A stretch of 64,000 nt of DNA, from the NCBI GenBank assembly GCA_002633005.1, contig NMRA01000384.1, forward strand, positions 35,958 to 99,957, given 5' to 3'. The notes under the pieces are model-generated. The model did not search any database and was not told the DNA's origin. It was given only the letters and a program-made list of their open reading frames with translations. The stretch comes from Phoronis australis (taxonomy: Eukaryota > Animalia > Phoronida). Below, piece after piece: positions 57,045 to 64,000 of the stretch (positions within the stretch are counted from its first letter, which is position 1; each line of letters starts with the position of its first letter). The translations under genes were made by a program, and so were the position numbers.

Positions 57045-60000
57045 TATTTCGTGAAACAATAGTATCCTTGGAAGGATCTGGATCGCCTTATTTATTTTCA
57101 GATTTATTTTCTACGTTGTTGATTTTTAGGACGCCCACATGTTTGCGTCGTGTCACACTTTGAAGCGATGTGGTTTACAAAATAATTCCACGGTTACTGT
57201 GTCGTAGTTCGTGCATCCGTTTTTTATCATTCCTGGAAAGAGTAAAAAGCGAGCATCGTTGAGACTGGAAAGGTCACTAAACTGACTGTCCCATTTCAGG
57301 TGATAAACTCGTCGTTTAAAACCGAAACAGGCCATTACTTACGGTTTGTAAAGCTCGTCAATTAGCGATTTAGTAAGATTTTTTTTGTATACTTTTTGAT
57401 GATATGTCGCCGAAGGATTCCTATCTCATTAATAGACGGTTATTCAAGTACGATGATAAAATTGACGATCAAGGATTTATGAAATTACATCTTTATTACG
57501 AGTACTTGACGTTTCAAAACTTCCACTGAGCTGTATTTTCAAAAGAATGAATACACACAACATGCAAAACCCATGGTGGGAGAATTACAGGATTTTTTTT
57601 AAAACCTTGATCGTCAATTTTATCCTCATGTTATGGCCGAAAACGAACACTATACAAGTACACGTTTAATTTTTAGGCAACTTTAAAATTTAAAGCGTGA
57701 ATAAATGTGATCAACTGAAGACGTCTGGTATTTTTTCGTTTCAAGCCGCTTTACAAACCATGCTCAAGCGCCAAAAACGACTTTTCTTAATCGCGCATTT
57801 GCTCTACAATAAAAAGCCTATAGAATTGCACCGATGGCCATACTGCTTCGAGAAAGTTCGAAGGCGGAAACTAACCCGCCGATAACTTCATGAGCCTGCC
57901 GTTTCGGCAATAAAAAACCGCTAGCTGTTCTCGGTTTCTAAAATCATTTCTAATCTGAGCAAGAAATAATTTGAGGAAAATTTTAAGTGGCCTAAGTCAA
58001 CCCTTTTCTTTGACAGAAAGTACGGGATATTGACCTTTTCAGTAAAAGTTCTGATTTTTTTCTCTCGCTCTTTATCTGCCGTTCTTGAAGTGTAGGGCTA
58101 CATGTATGTTGTTCGCGACACATGCGCTGTGGGCTACTTTGACTGCTCTCACTGAGCTGGGTGTGCGATTTTGCAGGGAAAATGTTCCGCTTTTCCAATT
58201 TTCATGGTAGGTGCTCAAGTTTTGATGAAATAACTTTTCATTCTTGACAAATGTGAAAAAATGTCACTTTGCAAATAAAACTGTTAAGTATTGCACTTAC
58301 GGTCGGCTGTGTGTGGGGAGCATCATCTTAATTTTAATTAAAGACCCATGAAAACAAAATTTTTTAGAACCTTAGCGAGACAAACGATGATGGCGTTTAC
58401 ACCAGAGTGTATATTTACACTAGAGTATATATATACATACGGTGTCTTCTGCCATTTACAAAAATACGCTACATTCGGGGGGTGTATTATGAAGTAAGTT
58501 CAAGCAATACTCTGCAAAATGAGTACAGTTTTTGCTTGGTCTTCTGTCATTCGAAAATTTTCAATGAAATCACCCTTGGTCATCGAAATTTCCATTAGAT
58601 GCGCAGTGTCATCAGTCCATTGATCTTTTTGACTGTCCATACTTGCCGCTTGAGAGATAGTTCCAAAGTGGGGACCTGGATACCCGAACCTCAGAGATAC
58701 AGATTCAGGACAATTGTTTTAGAATAGTCTTCTCTTTTCCACTGAACAAACCCTTCTTGTGTCGGCTTTGCTGAGAAAGAGTACCGAGCGCAAATACTGC
58801 TTTTCTTTCTCCCCATACGAACGCTGTGTAGATTTACAATTACTCCCGGCCGGGTGCAGTTTTGGGTATGGTGCATGTTTACTTAAGCGTGTAAAAGCTG
58901 GTGCTACGTTTACATAAACGGAGCTCAACATCGAGTACTGTGCACTTTCACAAAGTAAAATATTGTCAGGGTTCATTTGCAACGGAAGCCAACACCATCG
59001 TGCATTATATTCACCAAGTGCTACCGTGATGTTCTGTAGATAAGCCCATGGGCGAGTATTAGGAAAATGAAAAATTTCGGAGGTTTTAGTAACACAAAAT
59101 ACACGGAAAGTCATAAGTTTCCTGTCTTTGACATTTTTTTTACTTAAAAACGAGTTCGTAAAATTTATGTTGATAAATGCATAATTCGCCAGCATTTTTT
59201 TCGTTTTTAAAAATGATAAATGCTCTAAAATGAACTTGTGACTAAATGTTGACCCTTGTGGGCTTTTAAGAAGAAATTTTCTGAATAAACGCCCCATGGA
59301 CTTATCTACAAAAAAAAAACGGTACATTATGTGCATAAAAATGCAATTGCAATGTGTTGACCACACCAAAATGCCCATGGGCATTGATAAAGAAATACTC
59401 TGTTTTTCTCATCGTCGTAACTGATTCGCGTGTCGCGCACTTGTACTCTTTAATATTGAAGATAATAACTGAACCTTTAAAAATGACCGCGTCGTAATCT
59501 ATCACAACAGTTCAAACCATCGTCTACTTCATTCCAACTGGGTTTAGATTTTGAATTTTCTGGGTGCGGTCGTAAGTATTATCTTTAAGTTTTTAAAAGA
59601 ACTGTGATTAAATGTGCTATGAATTTCCCGTCAGATTGATCGATCTCGCTCTCACATGGTACGCCCTTGGTTTAGCCCGAAGCTGCAGAGTGCTGTCCAG
59701 TTTGTTTACCCATAGACTATAGTACATAATCTATGGTTTACCACACTACGGTAAGAACGTAGGCCTATTTGTAATTCTTTAAATTAATCTGTTCAGGGAC
59801 AGAACTGTCAAATGTAGCACTTGAAAACTTAAAATAAGTTGCTACCACTACTAGTAAAGGTGATTACTCGCCAGTGACAGCATTCTGCTCACCGATTTCC
59901 TCAAATTTCCAGGCTACTAGATTTACGCCACTATGGTTCATATTACACCCGTAATCCTTATGCTGCATCAGGGAGTCAAAAACTAGAGTTTGACTTTGCT

Positions 60001-63000
60001 TAGCTAATCTGGACAGGGTATGGTAAGTACCTTTACCAGAATGATGCCTTGCTTTAGCTTTTCTCGGAACAGAAAATATGAAAAATTGTGGGAATTCACA
60101 ACAATGTTCAGAATCGCTCAAAAATCAAAATAGTGGCAGTTTTGACTATTACTATTTTGGCTAAACTAGTGAGATGTTACTGTATTTGGTTTTTGTTAAG
60201 ACAATTATTTATTAATTTGTTGGAACACATGACCTCAGGGTGTCTCATAGAATTGTATAAATCGGCACTTGCCTACTGTAAGGCAATATTGCAATTGTCT
60301 CTTGACTGAATGTTTGGATGCCCGGCTCTGCATTTAAGAGGGTCACAACAAATCTGTATAAAATGATGGTGAACAAATGACGGTTTAGAATAACAAAAGA
60401 AGGCGATGGCTTTGCATTATATTGTTTTTCTCCATAAATTCAAGAAGTATGTTGAAAGTGACCTCCAATTTCAAAATCAAAAGTTGCATAGTTTCACTTA
60501 AAACAGACAGGTTGTTTTATAATTTTTACAATGGTGGGTGAAGAACCCAATATACAAATTGAACTGCTGAGCTACATTTAGTGAAAGATGCCCATATTGC
60601 CTTTGTGTTGTGAATCTTGATATTTTGTTTTGCAACGCGAGTTGCTTGTGAGTTTTTTGTTTGCTTTTCAGGTTTTTTATTTTTGTTTTTGTTTTTTTTT
60701 GTTTTGTCAGCAGCATGTATGCACACGGACAGCCAACGAAGAGTTAACTGAACAATTTATAATTATTATTATTCAATTGAAAATACAAAAAATCAACAGC
60801 ATTTTTAAATGAGATCTCCTTCCATAATTCTCAAGTTTTAAATTTTTGTAAGAGGTTACATTTTGTTGGCCAATCTACCAACAAACTCAAAGAGTCGATG
60901 TCTAATTAGCATTGCCCAGGGGCATGGTGTAGTTGCATAATATCCACGGCAACTAGTCATTGGATAAAGTCTTAAGTTACAGTTTGGTAGCGTCCCATTC
61001 AAGTTGATGTCTGAGGCTTACACAAGTCCTATTTCACGTTATCTTTTCTCACTGTTTGCAGTAACCTAAGTATTTGTGATAAAGAAACATTTCATTTGAC
61101 ATTTTTGGTAGATGCGTGTTTGTATTACTAGACTCACCAAGCAGTAAGTTACGAAGCTCATGCCTGTCACTGTTACAAATTTGAACTAAGTTTTATTTTG
61201 AGTTAATTACGGTTTTAAATGTCACTTTTTAGAAAAATTCCATTTGCTTACCTTCTGTTTGCTTTAAGTTAAAATTCTTGTTTGCAAATTATGGATCTTA
61301 AGAAAATTGAAATTTTTTTGTCTCATTAAAAACTTTTTGTATTTATTTGTTTTCTTTTGTTACAGGTTATGGGCTTTAATTCCAGACCTCGACATAAACA
61401 ACGAAATGTTTGAATGTGAAAAAATATTCTTTTTAAAGATTTTATCCTCCCTTTTCTGTAAGTAAGTCCATCATCTTGTATCTTAACTTGTTGAGATCTC
61501 ACCACAATGTATGGTCTTATGGGCATTTTCTTAAAATTGGCTTCACAAGTTTAAAGTGTGGGTGTTCGTTCATCCTGACCATGCTTTTTTTCGCCAGTCT
61601 GTCCATAAAAATGATAAAATTGTGTATGAAATTTCAAATTTGTTGTTTTATCAAATGTCTCTTTCTTGATTTTGATTCAAAACACAAGTTGGAATAGTTA
61701 AAACCATCACTTTTGGATTTTTATTAAGGAACCAAAAAATAAAACAAATTTCTGTCCACAAATTTACTGCTGAAAATGAAAAAGAATGAACTAAGTACAC
61801 TGTAGCGTCAAACTAAGTTTCTATAAGTAAGAGATGAAAATAGCGACAATAGTCTGATATAACGTGCCCACATTTTGAGAACCCAGTTGACACCTGTTAT
61901 TCAGTGGAGAAAACTGGTTCTCAAAATTCGGGCACATTATATAAGGCCACTACTGAAAATAGCTGAATGGTCGGAAACTCAGATGTTTAGAATTATTGAA
62001 ATTTTCAGGAAAAAATTTCTTTCGAACAATGTGAACTGTTTTAAGCAAGTACACTGCATGGCGAAGGTTATGGTGAAAACTAAAATTTGTTTTTTATGGT
62101 TTGTATCGCTCGATTTAATACCATGATCATTTTTCTGAGAAATTTAACTTTGATAAATTCACGTATGCATGCCACATTTTATAGGAAATTCAAGCCTCCG
62201 TGCTCAGTAATTCTTTACTTATTAGCACAAAATATACGAGTGAAATTGTATTTTGTCAAATTTCCCCACAAAAATAAAGATTAAGACAGATTTAGTCTGT
62301 TACTAGTATGGTTTGTATTGTATAGATGTCACGAAACAACATTTGGTAAAAAATTCCATTATGTGCAGTTCAGTAATCAGCCTTTGAAAAATGAAAAAAA
62401 TAACAGTTTTAACAATTATTATTTTTGTAAAAAATAAGTGGAAATCCATAAGCACCTGGTTGTAGTTACAATTCATACAGTCAGGTAAGTTGTAGTGTTA
62501 ACCTGCTGCATTTTGTGTTTCTCATTCATTGCTTCAGTGTGCTAAACTGTGTTGTACAAAAGTAAGTGGACAAAATACCTGTAGGTTTCCCTGTCATGAT
62601 AGCTATACAACAAAACCGACTTGTGATAACTAATAGGGTGGCAAAATTCTAATTACAAAATGGCTTAGCCTCCTTGCTAACTGTCCCTTCATTCTTGTTC
62701 CCGAGGGAAGATTTAACTCCGACGATGAATTCGGTTTCCACCTAGCCATCATGACGGGGACATCTGGGTCATTTTGTCTGAACACTTTTGGCTTGTACTG
62801 TATTTACTCAGCCTGTCAATGCAGTCTGAACACTTAAACCATCTGTTAGAAGCAACAAAATTTGAAGTACCTCTCCAACTCTATCTGTTTACATTTAAAC
62901 AGATTTCTTATTGTGTAAAGGTTTGTGTGGTTGTGTAAACACAGATTTTAATCAATGTTGACATATATCTGTAGATTTTAAAGGGATTTCAGTAAAAACT

Positions 63001-63725
63001 AAAGAATTTCATAATGTATCTTAATTGTTTGTTTCGATAAAACTTAAAGCTGCATATTGCCCCGTTCAGCTGATTGAGAAACAAAAATTACTTCAAAATC
63101 GCTCTCAAAATGTTCCTTACAGGGATAGGATTCTATTTTCGTTACCAACAAGAGCAATTAGCCATCAACGACTCACTAAAATGCTGCAGAGTTTATTGGG
63201 TTTTTCCAACCCTAAAATTGCTGAATCAAAAATGGCGTACATGCGCATTGCTCATGACTTGAGTTGCCGACTCATTCGGCAGTTACGAATTAAGAATTTA
63301 AAATCGACAGTTAAACAGTGGCAAAATGCAACTTTAAGTTTAATTTATGATACAGAATTAACTTAATATTTAACTACAAAATTTGGCACGTTTTCCTGGT
63401 TTTGAAATAAATAAGTGGATATGTCAGCAAGAGAAGTAAAACAGAGTTGTCGCGTTGTCCAAAAAGAAGCAGTGAAACAAGAGATAAAAGTGTGGTTGAA
63501 AAATAAGATGTACTTACGATGGTAAAGTTAAAATGAGCTTATGTTTATTCATGTGAAAAGCAAAGCTTATTAGCCAATCACGTTGCGTCATTGTTGCTGT
63601 CAGATAGATAGTCATGAAAAAGGTCAGTCCATGATCAACAGAGTATTACATAACGATGCTGTGAACAAAAGACCAAGAAGTAATAAATTTTACCTGAATT
63701 AGGAGTAAACTGTTTACACTTTCAG

Positions 63726-63967
63726 GTCTTAATTTTATTTGTTATGGGCAATCTCCTTACTTCCTTGACACCGATGGCTTCATACGCTACTCTGTCGGGA
63801 ATTCTGAGTTACACGGCTTGGAAGACAGACTTGTAGCACGATTTCGCTTCTGCAGTGATCATGGGATTCTTATGTTCCAAGATGGCGGAAGTTCATACTT
63901 CTTCGCCATGGGAATTAACAGCGGAAGGATTTATCTAGAATGGAAGACGTCTTCACAAGTAATTGAG
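63726..63967 (+). CDS. Internal exon encoding a laminin G-like domain fragment of a third gene that continues beyond the window
   Basis: tttacactttcag| acceptor, GAG|gtaatt donor, 242 nt open frame: LNFICYGQSPYFLDTDGFIRYSVGNSELHGLEDRLVARFRFCSDHGILMFQDGGSSYFFAMGINSGRIYLEWKTSSQVIE; fits the LamG pattern (FR....GIL....F...I..GRIYL). Confidence 0.65.
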
Positions 63968-64000
63968 GTAATTGCAAACTTCTGAATATTCCCTAATACG

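Noticed and set aside
58719-59384. 221-aa minus-strand ORF
   Set aside because: No recognisable domain, AT-rich low-complexity first half, no convincing splice structure; possibly a decayed transposon but no TIRs were confirmed.
63878-63893. YY1/ETS-like CAAGATGGCGGAAGT as a promoter, with short ORF MAEVHTSS..
   Set aside because: It lies inside the LamG-like coding exon in another frame, and the short ORF stops after 18 codons.

Overview
AT-rich, intron-rich eukaryotic DNA from an invertebrate bilaterian (exact taxon not determinable); most entries in the ORF track are intronic noise. It is a draft assembly with two N-gaps (7642-7862, 51541-52083) and a single N at 13049. I reconstructed the genes by hand from GT-AG boundaries with consistent reading phase. 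(1) A complete minus-strand FKBP15 (WAFL/FKBP133) orthologue: 29 coding exons, ATG at 38896, stop at 532-534, 1416 aa as spliced here. It has a WH1-like domain, an FKBP domain, a Q/P-rich linker, a coiled coil, an array of 14 x 22-aa repeats and an acidic LFG/DWL tail. (2) Head-to-head with it, a complete plus-strand CTR1/SLC31A1 copper transporter (41591-52571, 212 aa) with an ATCUN-type MNH N-terminus, four DPHAGHNM repeats and a candidate alternative first exon. (3) An internal laminin-G-like exon of a third gene at 63726-63967. Introns hold minisatellites, tRNA-derived SINE heads, MITEs, two copies of a Helentron/HINE-like element, a solo-LTR-like segment, two long palindromes and two probable haplotype-duplication artefacts. 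No prokaryotic systems or CRISPR arrays were seen.
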